Shown here: positions 1 to 8,225 of the stretch, one piece after another | Numbering within the stretch: the first letter of the stretch is position 1 | Layout of the letters: each line of letters opens with the position of its first letter | Origin: Fimbriimonadaceae bacterium | Lineage (GTDB): Bacteria; Armatimonadota; Fimbriimonadia; Fimbriimonadales; Fimbriimonadaceae | DNA: 64,000 nt | Assembly (NCBI GenBank): GCA_040902435.1 | Contig: JBBDXG010000019.1 | Coordinates: forward strand, 42,779 to 106,778 | Direction of reading: 5' to 3' | The notes under the pieces: model-generated | What the model was told of the DNA's origin: nothing | Seen by the model: only the letters and a program-made list of their open reading frames with translations | Databases searched by the model: none | Position numbers and translations under genes: made by a program

Positions 1-191
1 ACGCTGTCCGGCTGGTGGTCGCCGACGGAGACGATGAGCCGGCGCGGCGTGCCGAGGGACGTGACCTGGCCGTGGCCGAGCCCCTGTTGGTCGAGGCGGT
101 CGGCGATTTCCTGCCCGAGTTGCGTGTAGGCCCGGCGCACGGAGCTGGCAGGAAGCTCCTCGCAGCCGAGTTCGAACAAGAGTTCAGGCAT
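1..191 (-). CDS. glyS: Glycine--tRNA ligase beta subunit, N-terminal fragment (the gene runs off the window start)
   Basis: Not in the ORF track because it leaves the window. The reverse-strand ATG (cat at 189-191) opens MPELLFELGCEELPASSVRRAYTQLGQEIADRLDQQGLGHGQVTSLGTPRRLIV. This matches the conserved GlyS N-terminus (LLxEIGxEELPA). Confidence 0.7.
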   Translation of the reverse strand, partial: MPELLFELGCEELPASSVRRAYTQLGQEIADRLDQQGLGHGQVTSLGTPRRLIVSVGDHQPDS

Positions 192-311
192 GCCGGGGCG
201 ATTGTACCGCTGAGATTTTGAACCTAACCCAGCATCCCGGGGTCCGTTTCAATGTAGAATGCGGGTTGGCCCATATGGACAGGGCCAACACGTTACGTTA
301 CGGAAGGATTT

Positions 312-827
312 ATGATGAAGCGACTGTTTGTTCTAGCGGCCTTTGCCATTTCTGCGCTTGCGAGCGCACAGGGTGGATTTGGTACGCCTGTAAACCTGTC
401 GTTCCGGGTCGGGTTCGTCTATCCCTTGGACGAGTTCACGCGGGACGCAACTGGGAACCTTATCGGAGTGGGTGCGGACTATTTCCTCGAACGGAGCTTG
501 CTCCAGGGAGCCGGGGAAACTACGCTCAGTTTTGACTGGATGGGACGGGGCATGAACGGGGCAAAGGGCAACATGTTCCCGATCATGATCAACCAGCGTT
601 GGTACCGGAGCGGGGACTACCAGAGCGCCAACCGACGGTACTACTTCCTCGGCGCCGGTGTCGCGATCATTGACGTGGTCAACACGAACACCGTCTTCGC
701 CGCTCGCGCGGGAGTCGGCATGGAGCTCGGAGAGCACATCTTCGGCGAAGTGACCTTCGTCTGGAGCGACGCCTCGGCGGGCGCCCGGGCCACCTCGCTG
801 GGTGCATACCTCGGGTATCGGTTCTAG
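312..827 (+). CDS. Small outer-membrane beta-barrel protein (OmpW/porin-like), function unknown
   Basis: GGAAGGA lies upstream of the ATG. The signal peptide is MMKRLFVLAAFAISALASAQG. The sequence shows an alternating beta-strand pattern and ends ...GAYLGYRF, the aromatic terminus typical of BAM-inserted barrels. Confidence 0.6.
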   Translation: MMKRLFVLAAFAISALASAQGGFGTPVNLSFRVGFVYPLDEFTRDATGNLIGVGADYFLERSLLQGAGETTLSFDWMGRGMNGAKGNMFPIMINQRWYRSGDYQSANRRYYFLGAGVAIIDVVNTNTVFAARAGVGMELGEHIFGEVTFVWSDASAGARATSLGAYLGYRF

Positions 828-843
828 AGCAGTCGCTCTATTG

Positions 844-870
844 GGGCGCCGCGGTTTAGCCGCGGCGCCC
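844..870. terminator. Bidirectional GC-rich hairpin between the convergent OMP gene and prcB
   Basis: GGGCGCCGCGG (844-854), loop TTTAG, then CCGCGGCGCCC (860-870) form a perfect 11-bp stem. It sits 17 nt after the OMP stop and directly abuts the prcB stop at 871-873. There is no clear U-tract. Confidence 0.5.
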
Positions 871-1614
871 TCAGCCGTTAAGCACGCGCTCGACGTAGGG
901 CCGGATCTCCGCGTCGCCGAGAACCCGCGAGCCCTCGCGGGTCAGAACGCTGATGGACGGGAGCACCTTTCGGAACCCGCCGGTGGCGGAGTCCAGGTCG
1001 CTCGCGATGTCGAGCATGCGGAGCCCGTCGGTGAGGACCTCGTCGAGGCCCCGCCCGTGCCACTGGCCCTTCGTGCGCGAGAGGAACTCGAAGACGCCGC
1101 GGATTCGTTCGGAACCCGAACCGGCGCACGCGTACTCTGCCCCGCTGAAGCGAGCCCCGGCAAGGTCGAAGAAGTAGATGCCGAACTCTTGGGCGCGCCG
1201 GTCGTAGGTCGCGGCGATCGGTAGGAAGTACCCCGTGCCGCCATCGGCATTGACGATGTTCGAGGCGAGCGCCCGCGATATCTCCATCAGCTTCCCTTCG
1301 GCGGAGATCTCGTGGAGGTTGCGCCGCTCGTAGAACTTGAACGCGTGCTTGAGATAGCGGCATACCTCGATGCTCCGCGCGTACGCGCCGCTGATCGCAA
1401 CGATCGTGCGGCGGTCCAGTGCGACGATCTTCTCCGCCTGCTCGAACATGATGAGGTTGCCCATGGTGGCGCGGCGGTCGGCGAGCATCACCACGCCCTT
1501 GTCGAAGCGCAGGGCCAGAACGGTCGTGCCGTGGACCTCGGACTCGCAAGTGGGCAGTCGCGAGGAGTCGAAGCCGACGAGCTTGGCAAAGTCTGCAGGC
1601 GCAGTGGCGTTCAT
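871..1614 (-). CDS. prcB: Proteasome beta subunit (PrcB-like, with N-terminal propeptide)
   Basis: The 247-aa product contains ...CESEVHG|TTVLALRFDKGVVMLADRRATMGNLIMFEQAEKI. Counting from the TT after the Gly gives Thr1, Asp17 and Lys33, the canonical Ntn-hydrolase proteasome triad, behind a roughly 29-aa propeptide. A GSGS motif follows later (ACAGSGSE). Its ATG overlaps the UBact stop (ATGA at 1611-1614). Confidence 0.85.
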   Translation of the reverse strand: MNATAPADFAKLVGFDSSRLPTCESEVHGTTVLALRFDKGVVMLADRRATMGNLIMFEQAEKIVALDRRTIVAISGAYARSIEVCRYLKHAFKFYERRNLHEISAEGKLMEISRALASNIVNADGGTGYFLPIAATYDRRAQEFGIYFFDLAGARFSGAEYACAGSGSERIRGVFEFLSRTKGQWHGRGLDEVLTDGLRMLDIASDLDSATGGFRKVLPSISVLTREGSRVLGDAEIRPYVERVLNG

Positions 1615-1796
1615 TGGCCCGAGCGCTGCCTGTACTTTTTGGCCTGGTCGGGATCCACGCGCTTCATCCGCTTCAGCAGCTCGTTCGGCGCCGTCGGTTT
1701 CTTGACGTCGGGCTTGCTCGGGCCCTCGTCGTCGCCGAGCTTGCGTTCGGGGTCCGGGGTGAACTGCCTCTGCGTGCGGTCTGCTTGGATCGTCAT
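1611..1796 (-). CDS. UBact / Pup-like prokaryotic ubiquitin-like modifier (C-terminal Gln)
   Basis: The 61-aa product is low-complexity and charged at the N-terminus. It has the conserved tail ...NELLKRMKRVDPDQAKKYRQRSGQ, matching the UBact signature as I recall it (LxRMxxVDPxxAxxYRQRxG[QE]). It sits between the dop-like gene and prcB, with ATGA overlaps at both ends. Confidence 0.8.
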   Translation of the reverse strand: MTIQADRTQRQFTPDPERKLGDDEGPSKPDVKKPTAPNELLKRMKRVDPDQAKKYRQRSGQ

Positions 1797-3283
1797 CTCG
1801 GTGCTTCCAGTTCCATTATGAGTTCTTCTACGGTCCCGCAGTCGGCGAGCGTAGCAGAATACGCCCGTTCGGGGTCGAGCGCGACCGTCTTTTCGCCGTT
1901 AGCGGTCTTGAATGTCAGGGCGCCCCAACTGGCCGAGACGAGGCTCTCCTGGAACTTGGAGACAGCAATGGAGCGGGCCCGGGCGCGGGAGTCTTCGAAC
2001 ACCCTTGTCCGCCTCTTGGCCGTCTCCTCTTCCGGCGGGTCGGGGTCAACGAGCGAGGCGTCGCGGAGGGCCTGGAACACGCCCACGCCTCCGTCGAGCC
2101 GGTGGTACTCCAGGTCGAGCGACTGGAGCGAGCCGTGCCGCCAGCCGACCCCTTCCGACTCGACGTACTGCTCCAGGAGCGACCGCTTGGCGGCCCAGTC
2201 TACTGAGCGCGCGAACCTCTCCGGGTCTGCGAACCGCGCCTCTAGGAGCGAGAGTGCGCCCGTCAGCGCCTTGCGCAGCTCTTGTACGTAGGGATCCGTC
2301 ACGTCCAGGGTACTCGCCAAGAAGGGCTCGACGTACGACTCGATCACGTGCCGGGCGGTCGTCCATGACCGCCCTTCGAGTTCAATGCGCCCCTCACCGT
2401 CCGGCTGTCGGCTGAGCTGCTTGGTTGCGCTGACCGGGTCTGCAAGCGGCCAGACCGGCTGATCCCCCGCTTCGATCAGGTGGATCGCGGCCTTCGTCAG
2501 TGCGAGCTTGATCCGCGTCGCGGTCGAGATCAGATTGGACTCGCCGCAAATCACGTGTAGGCGGACCCACTTCTTCAGATCGGCGTGCGGCTCGTCGCGC
2601 GTGTTGAAGACCGGTCGGCGATAGAGCGTCTCGGCGTTGACCGCCTCGGCGAAGAAGTCGGCACGCTGCGAGATCTGAAAGTCGCACCGTGCTCCCTGCT
2701 CCGACCCGACCTTCCCTGCCCCGGTGAGGACCTGTCGCGCGACGAAGAGCGGCATCAGCCCGGAAATGAGGTTCTCGACCGGCACGGACCTCGGCACGAG
2801 GTAGCTCTCGTGCGTGCCGTACGACGCGCCGTGGAAGTCTGTGTTGTTCTTGTAGACCCGCACTTCGCGACCGACCGACGCCGCGAGGGCGGCGGCCGAG
2901 GAGAGCACGGCGTGGTCGCCTGCGCGGTCGTGCATCACGAGCTCTTCGAGCGACCACGTCTCCGGCGTCGCGTACTCCGGGTGCCCGTGGTCGTTGTAGA
3001 AGCGCGCGCCGTTGCACAGCACGCGGTCGGCGCGCACCTCGTGGACCGGCTCCGGCGCGCGGTCGGCGTCGAACTTGGCGTCTTCTGGGTCGAAGCTCAG
3101 GCGGTCGAGGCGGAAGCCGCGCAGGTCGCTTCGCGGCGATTCAAACCGGTCGTCCCAAAATGGAAAGCACTCGCCCGGAAAGCTCCGGACGAGCGCTCTC
3201 GCGTCGTCAACCTGGTCGCCCGCCCCGCGGCCCTCTACGGAGAAACCATACTCCGTGTCGAGGCCCGCCAGGATCGGCCGCAT
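1793..3283 (-). CDS. dop: Pup-ligase superfamily enzyme, Dop-like (deamidase/depupylase type)
   Basis: The 496-aa product carries GLDTEYGF, NGARFYNDHGHPEYATPE, HDRAGD, YKNNTDFHGASYGTHESYL, FNTRDEPHAD and RLHVICGESN, which are hallmark PafA/Dop blocks. The insert WDDRFESPRSDLRGFRLDR, plus ARQVLTGAGKVG and FQISQRADF, resemble Mycobacterium Dop rather than PafA. Confidence 0.85.
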   Translation of the reverse strand: MRPILAGLDTEYGFSVEGRGAGDQVDDARALVRSFPGECFPFWDDRFESPRSDLRGFRLDRLSFDPEDAKFDADRAPEPVHEVRADRVLCNGARFYNDHGHPEYATPETWSLEELVMHDRAGDHAVLSSAAALAASVGREVRVYKNNTDFHGASYGTHESYLVPRSVPVENLISGLMPLFVARQVLTGAGKVGSEQGARCDFQISQRADFFAEAVNAETLYRRPVFNTRDEPHADLKKWVRLHVICGESNLISTATRIKLALTKAAIHLIEAGDQPVWPLADPVSATKQLSRQPDGEGRIELEGRSWTTARHVIESYVEPFLASTLDVTDPYVQELRKALTGALSLLEARFADPERFARSVDWAAKRSLLEQYVESEGVGWRHGSLQSLDLEYHRLDGGVGVFQALRDASLVDPDPPEEETAKRRTRVFEDSRARARSIAVSKFQESLVSASWGALTFKTANGEKTVALDPERAYSATLADCGTVEELIMELEAPR

Positions 3284-4572
3284 TACCTGCGGAAGACTCT
3301 GAACTGCCCGGTGAGCGGCAGATTGAAGTCAGCGGGCAGGCCGAGCGCCGGGAACGTGAACGTCCCGACCGTGACCTCGCCGTTGAGCATGATGTAGTCG
3401 CTCATGACACCGACGGCCGGGTCAATCTCGGCCAGCGACAGCACGTCTCGGACGCGGGTCAGACGGATCTCGTTCGCGTCAGGGCCGGTGAACCGCGCGG
3501 GGCCGTGCCACAGCGCTGTGATTGTGCCCGTGTTGTCGCGCGCGATGTAGACCGCCGTGAAGTTCTCCTTGTCGTCGCGGCTGTTCGGCAACACGACCAT
3601 CATGTTGCTGCCAATGTTGCTCAGCACCTGCCTGTACGGCCGCCACCGCCCCTGCAACGAGACGATGATGCCCATCGTCGGGTCAATGAGCCGCCAATCG
3701 GGCTCGAAGAGGGTGTAGGTGCCGTCCGCTGGGACGCCGCCAATGACGCTCGGCGAGCTGATCTGGCCCGTGTCAGTGTTGGCCATCGGGTCGAAGTTCG
3801 GGTTCAGGACCTGTAGCGTATCGAGGCCGTCAATCCCAGACGAAATGGCGACTGTGTCGCCGGTGAACAGGATCATGTCGCTCTCGCCTGCGGGCGTCGC
3901 ATTGATCACGATGTTCGGGCGGTCCGCGGCGGCCATGCTGGAGATGTCGAACGCGACATAGTCGCTGAACAGGGCCTCCATCTTGTTCGTGTCGGGATTG
4001 TAGTTCTCGAGCTCGAACAGCGGGCGGTTAAAGACGGGGCCCGTGAACGGGTCGGCGGTCGGAATGATCCCGTCGTTGATGTTGAACTGGAGGACTGTGT
4101 CCCGTCCTCGGGCCAACATGATGTCGGCGTCGAAATTTTGACTGAAGAAGCCGGTCCAGGACACTGTGTTGCCGTTCGTGTCTTCGCCAGACACCTCCTG
4201 GATCTTGAGCGAGAAGATCGAGAATCTCTTGAACGGAACCCCCGTCGGGAGCACGAGCTGGTCGTTGATGGAGTAGAGCGCGAAGCTGTTTAGCGTCGCA
4301 AGGATGACCTTCGTCGTCATGAAGACGTCTTCGTTGCTGTTCCGCACGTCGAGCGCCTGCATCTTCGCCACCATTTCGCCAGGCGCGCGACGGCCCGTGC
4401 CGGTCACGGCCGTCCACTGCATGTCTCCGAAGTCGTTGCCAAGGTTGACGGTCGGTGCGGGTGCCGCCTGGCCCCCACCGGTCGTACCGCTTGTCGTACC
4501 ACCTGGCGTCGTACTACCGCCGCACCCGAAGGCGACGGCCACGGCAAGAAACGCAATCCACCAATTCTTCAA
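3283..4572 (-). CDS. Putative lipoprotein, function unknown, translationally coupled to dop
   Basis: The track ORF is 3283..4647. I prefer the in-frame TTG at 4572, which gives MKNWWIAFLAVAVAFGCGG (signal peptide plus Cys) followed by a Gly/Thr-rich linker. Its TAA stop (3283-3285) shares one nt with the dop ATG (3281-3283), giving TAATG. Confidence 0.5.
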   Translation of the reverse strand: MKNWWIAFLAVAVAFGCGGSTTPGGTTSGTTGGGQAAPAPTVNLGNDFGDMQWTAVTGTGRRAPGEMVAKMQALDVRNSNEDVFMTTKVILATLNSFALYSINDQLVLPTGVPFKRFSIFSLKIQEVSGEDTNGNTVSWTGFFSQNFDADIMLARGRDTVLQFNINDGIIPTADPFTGPVFNRPLFELENYNPDTNKMEALFSDYVAFDISSMAAADRPNIVINATPAGESDMILFTGDTVAISSGIDGLDTLQVLNPNFDPMANTDTGQISSPSVIGGVPADGTYTLFEPDWRLIDPTMGIIVSLQGRWRPYRQVLSNIGSNMMVVLPNSRDDKENFTAVYIARDNTGTITALWHGPARFTGPDANEIRLTRVRDVLSLAEIDPAVGVMSDYIMLNGEVTVGTFTFPALGLPADFNLPLTGQFRVFRR

Positions 4573-4721
4573 TGCTGAATACCTCTCTAGAGCGAACGCC
4601 CGCCGATGATACTTGCTTCTGGTCCAGATAGCAAGAACACTGCTCATCCGCAGCGCGGAGCCCGCGATTTCAGGCCCAAGACTACTCGATTTGACGCCCC
4701 GATTGGCAGCTTTCGTTCAAT

Positions 4722-5606
4722 TCATGCCGCACTTGACCGGCGGCGCTGGGTGAAGTCGAGCGCCGCGGACAGCCTCCCAGACGCGTACTCCAGCACGCCC
4801 GGGCCGTCCGCTGGCCTGATCAGCGCGCCTTCCAGGGTCTGCCTGTCGAGCTCGACCGGCGGGCCGGAGAACCCAAAGTCGCCCCCGACGGCACCCACCG
4901 CCACCGTCGCCGCCTTGAGGACCTTGCCTGCCAGGTCCTGCTCGATCGAGGGCGCGTGGTGGTTGTGGGCGAAGCCGGCCACCTCGTCCGGGAACTTGTA
5001 CAGCCTCAGCGCAGCCTCGCCGACCGCCTGGTGGTCGAACCCAAAAGAGGCCATTTCGAACTCTTGCAGGGGCAGGGCGAGCTTGCTCGAAGCGATCGAG
5101 GAGTAGACCTCGGGCAAAACATAGACCATCGCCACGAGCCCGGCGTCAACGAGCACAGCGGCCCTGAAGGCGTCCTCGGGCTCGATCACATGGCGGCCGG
5201 CAAGCCAGTAGGCCGTCTCGGCCGTCGCCAAGGAGGTCGCCACGATCTTGGAAGACGAGACCCCAGACTTGCCCGCGCTCAGGACGACGAAGTCCGTCCA
5301 GGCCGCGAAGAGGCAGGCTCGGCACACGACCTTGTGCCGGTCGCTGTTCAGGGCCTCTCGGAGCGACTTAAAGTTGGCGGGAGCCTCGTCGCAGAGGCCC
5401 CGCGACACCAGGGCGAGGACCTCGGCCGAGACGTCGTTCCCGGGGGCCATCACCCGATCAATCACGCGGGGGCTGAGCCCGGTGGTCCGCACGAGCGTGG
5501 ACAAGCGGGTGAGCGCCGCATGGACGCGGGGGTCCGATTGCAGCATGTCGGCGACCTTCCGGGGCAGGAAGCCGTGGTCGTCCTCAGGCAAGCGAGAGCC
5601 CGACAT
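4722..5606 (-). CDS. HDOD domain-containing signalling protein
   Basis: ...EFEMASFGFDHQAVGEAALRLYKFPDEVAGFAHNHHAP is a typical HDOD core. The track ORF extends to 5750 and would overlap the yceD start, so I use ATG 5606 (MSGSRLPEDD...) instead. Confidence 0.65.
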   Translation of the reverse strand: MSGSRLPEDDHGFLPRKVADMLQSDPRVHAALTRLSTLVRTTGLSPRVIDRVMAPGNDVSAEVLALVSRGLCDEAPANFKSLREALNSDRHKVVCRACLFAAWTDFVVLSAGKSGVSSSKIVATSLATAETAYWLAGRHVIEPEDAFRAAVLVDAGLVAMVYVLPEVYSSIASSKLALPLQEFEMASFGFDHQAVGEAALRLYKFPDEVAGFAHNHHAPSIEQDLAGKVLKAATVAVGAVGGDFGFSGPPVELDRQTLEGALIRPADGPGVLEYASGRLSAALDFTQRRRSSAA

Positions 5607-5712
5607 CTCTATAGGTTTGTTCCTTGACTCGCGCCTGCGCGCACCTGGCACGAGTGCCGGGGGAACAGGGCATGGGGACATGAGAAGCCAAAGGTAGACT
5701 CGCGCTCCAACC

Positions 5713-6249
5713 ATGAAACGCCATGGCCTGCTCGATCTGAACGAGGCCATTCAGCACCCGGGTAAGAAGCTCCACTTCGAGGTCACGACGAGCCTTCCCG
5801 CCGAGGAGGACCTGGACCTCCTCTCTCCCATCGAAGGGGAGCTCGAGGCGGTCAGCACGGGCAACATCCTGCTCCTCAAGGGGAAGTTCTCGGCCAAGTG
5901 CGTGGTCGAGTGCTCCCGGTGCGGGGAGCCCCTCGACCAAACGGTCGAGTTCCTCATGGCCGACGAGTTCGACGTCGAGGGCGTGCCGTCGGGGTTCGGC
6001 ACCGGGGAGCACGCAAGGGTCGTCGAGGAAGAGGACTACCCGCTCTTCGACAAGAACTCGCTGCAGAAGGACGTGTACGTGCGGCAGGGCCTCTTCGTCA
6101 ACATGCCTGTGCAGCCCCTCTGCGAGTTTGGATGGGACGGCCCGTGCCCGAAGGCGGCGGCGAAGGCGGCGAAAGTCGCACAGGCCGAGGAGCACGGGCA
6201 CCCAGCGATGCAGAAGCTCCGTGACCTTGTGCGCCCGGAGGACGATTGA
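5713..6249 (+). CDS. yceD: YceD/DUF177 family protein (large-subunit rRNA accumulation protein)
   Basis: The 178-aa acidic protein carries the CSRCGEP ... QPLC Cys pairs. It occupies the conserved position directly upstream of plsX-fabH. Confidence 0.75.
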   Translation: MKRHGLLDLNEAIQHPGKKLHFEVTTSLPAEEDLDLLSPIEGELEAVSTGNILLLKGKFSAKCVVECSRCGEPLDQTVEFLMADEFDVEGVPSGFGTGEHARVVEEEDYPLFDKNSLQKDVYVRQGLFVNMPVQPLCEFGWDGPCPKAAAKAAKVAQAEEHGHPAMQKLRDLVRPEDD

Positions 6250-7235
6250 GGATCGCGCTCGACGCCATGGGGGGCGACCACGCCCCGAAGGAGATCGTCG
6301 CCGGGGCGATCGAGGCGGCACCGTTGATAAAGGGCGGGATCGTGCTCGTCGGCGACCCTTCGCAGATCGAGGACTGCACGCACGGTCCAATGCCATCGAA
6401 CATAGACATCCACGCGGCGAGCGAGGTCGTCGGCATGGACGAAAAGCCGATGGAGGCGGTCCGCAAGAAGAAGGACTCCTCTCTTGCAGTGGCGGTCCAG
6501 CTCGTCAAGGACGGGCACGCCTCTGCTCTGGTCTCCGCAGGCAACACCGGCGCGGTGACGGCCGCGACGCTGATCTCGTGGAGGCAGATCAGCGGCGTGC
6601 ACCGTCCCGCCATCGCGAGCCCGTTCCCAAACCGGCACGGGCAGTTCCTGCTCCTGGACGCAGGAGCCTCGCCCGACATAAACCCGGTCCAGCTCCTCGA
6701 GTTCGCCCTGATGGGCCGTGCCTACGCCCTGAAGGTGATGGGAAAGGAGGACCCCAAGGTCCACCTGCTCAACATCGGCGAAGAGCCGGGCAAGGGCAAC
6801 GCCTTCGCCAAGCAGGCGCACGAGCTGTTGGCCGGCCACCCGTGGTTCGCCGGGAACATCGAGGGCAAGGAGATGTTCCACGAGCCTTGCGACGTCGTCG
6901 TCTGCGACGCATTCGTGGGCAACATCGTCCTCAAGACCGCCGAAGGCGTCGGCGAGTTCATCATGAAGGAGATCAGGGACGCGGTGCCCAAGGGGATCGG
7001 CAGGCTCGCCTTCTTGCCGCTCATGAAGGCGCTCGCGCCTATGCGAAAGCGCGTGGACTACGCGGAATACGGCGGATCGCCCCTGCTGGGGCTCAACGGC
7101 TTGTGTATCATCTGCCATGGGAGGAGCAACGCGAAGGCCATCAAGAACGCGGTCCTGACTGCGGCGATGGCCGTCGAGAACGAGCTGGTGCCCGCGATCT
7201 GTGAAGCGATCGGGCACGAACGGAAACTTAACTAG
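6246..7235 (+). CDS. plsX: Phosphate acyltransferase PlsX
   Basis: MRIALDAMGGDHAPKEIVAGAIEA..., SAGNTGA and a C-terminal ...LCIICHGRSNAKAIKNA match PlsX. It overlaps the yceD stop by 4 nt. Confidence 0.9.
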   Translation: MRIALDAMGGDHAPKEIVAGAIEAAPLIKGGIVLVGDPSQIEDCTHGPMPSNIDIHAASEVVGMDEKPMEAVRKKKDSSLAVAVQLVKDGHASALVSAGNTGAVTAATLISWRQISGVHRPAIASPFPNRHGQFLLLDAGASPDINPVQLLEFALMGRAYALKVMGKEDPKVHLLNIGEEPGKGNAFAKQAHELLAGHPWFAGNIEGKEMFHEPCDVVVCDAFVGNIVLKTAEGVGEFIMKEIRDAVPKGIGRLAFLPLMKALAPMRKRVDYAEYGGSPLLGLNGLCIICHGRSNAKAIKNAVLTAAMAVENELVPAICEAIGHERKLN

Positions 7236-7238
7236 CAG

Positions 7239-8225
7239 ATGAGCATTCGAGCAGTCGTCCACGGGATCGGTCGCTTCGTGCCGGAGAAGGTGCTCTCCAA
7301 CGCCGACCTCGAGAGGATGGTGGACACGACCGACGAATGGATCATGCAGCGCACCGGCATCAAGGAGCGGCGGATCTGCAGCGACGACGAAAGCGCGAGC
7401 ACCCTCGCGATCGCGGCGGCGAAAGAGGCGCTCGAGGACGCAAAGCTCGACCCGCTCGACGTCCAGGTCATCATCGTCGGGTGCGTGACGGGCGACTATC
7501 CGTTCCCATCAGTCTCCTGCCTGGTGCAAGAGGCGGTCGGCGCGAAGAAGGCGGCTGCGTTCGACGTCGGCGCGGCCTGCGCAGGCTTCATCTATTCGCT
7601 CAACGTCGCGACCGCGATGATCGAGTCGGGGCAGGTCACCAACGCGCTCGTCATCGGCGCGGACGCGCTGACGAAGTTCGTGGACTTCACCGACCGCTCG
7701 ACGTGCGTGCTGTTCGGCGACGGCGCGGGCGCGGTGGTCCTGCGCGCAGAGAAAGGCACCGATCGGGGAGTGATTGACACAGTCCTGCTCGCAGACGGGG
7801 CCGGCGCAAAGCACATTGATCTGCAGTTGGGCGGATCGAAGTACCCGGTCGGACGGCCGTACTCCGAGGGCAAGCGGCCGCACATTTTCATGGCTGGCTC
7901 CGAGGTCTACCGCTTCGCAGTGACCGCTATGGGCGACGCGTGCTGCCGCGCTCTGCAGGAGGCCGGGATGGAGGCGAGCGACATTGACCTCTTCGTGCCA
8001 CACCAGGCGAACCTGAGGATCGTCCAGTCGGCCGCGGACCGGCTCGGCCTGCCGCCGGAGAAGGTCTTCATCAACCTCGAGAAGTACGGCAACACCAGCG
8101 GCGCCTCGATCCCGATAGGCCTCTACGAGGCCGTGAAGGCCGGGCGCCTGAAGCGGGGCATGGTCGTCATGACGGTCGGCTTCGGCGCAGGCCTCGTCTG
8201 GGGCGCGAACCTCATCCGCTGGTAA
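7239..8225 (+). CDS. fabH: 3-oxoacyl-ACP synthase III
   Basis: The 328-aa product has active-site context AACAGF, and also HQANLRI and GNTSGASIP. It lies in plsX-fabH synteny. Confidence 0.9.
   Translation: MSIRAVVHGIGRFVPEKVLSNADLERMVDTTDEWIMQRTGIKERRICSDDESASTLAIAAAKEALEDAKLDPLDVQVIIVGCVTGDYPFPSVSCLVQEAVGAKKAAAFDVGAACAGFIYSLNVATAMIESGQVTNALVIGADALTKFVDFTDRSTCVLFGDGAGAVVLRAEKGTDRGVIDTVLLADGAGAKHIDLQLGGSKYPVGRPYSEGKRPHIFMAGSEVYRFAVTAMGDACCRALQEAGMEASDIDLFVPHQANLRIVQSAADRLGLPPEKVFINLEKYGNTSGASIPIGLYEAVKAGRLKRGMVVMTVGFGAGLVWGANLIRW

Noticed and set aside
871-1614. The Ntn-hydrolase protein as HslV or an Anbu/BPH-type proteasome homologue.
   Set aside because: It has an N-terminal propeptide ending in Gly-Thr, sits immediately after a UBact gene and a Dop-like gene, and no hslU or Anbu-type ATP-grasp/transglutaminase neighbours are present.
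5650-5670. TGGCACGAGTGCC upstream of yceD as a sigma-54 (-24/-12) promoter.
   Set aside because: The GC of the putative -12 element is 2 nt too close to the TGGCAC. The sequence is better described as a short GGCAC/GTGCC palindrome.
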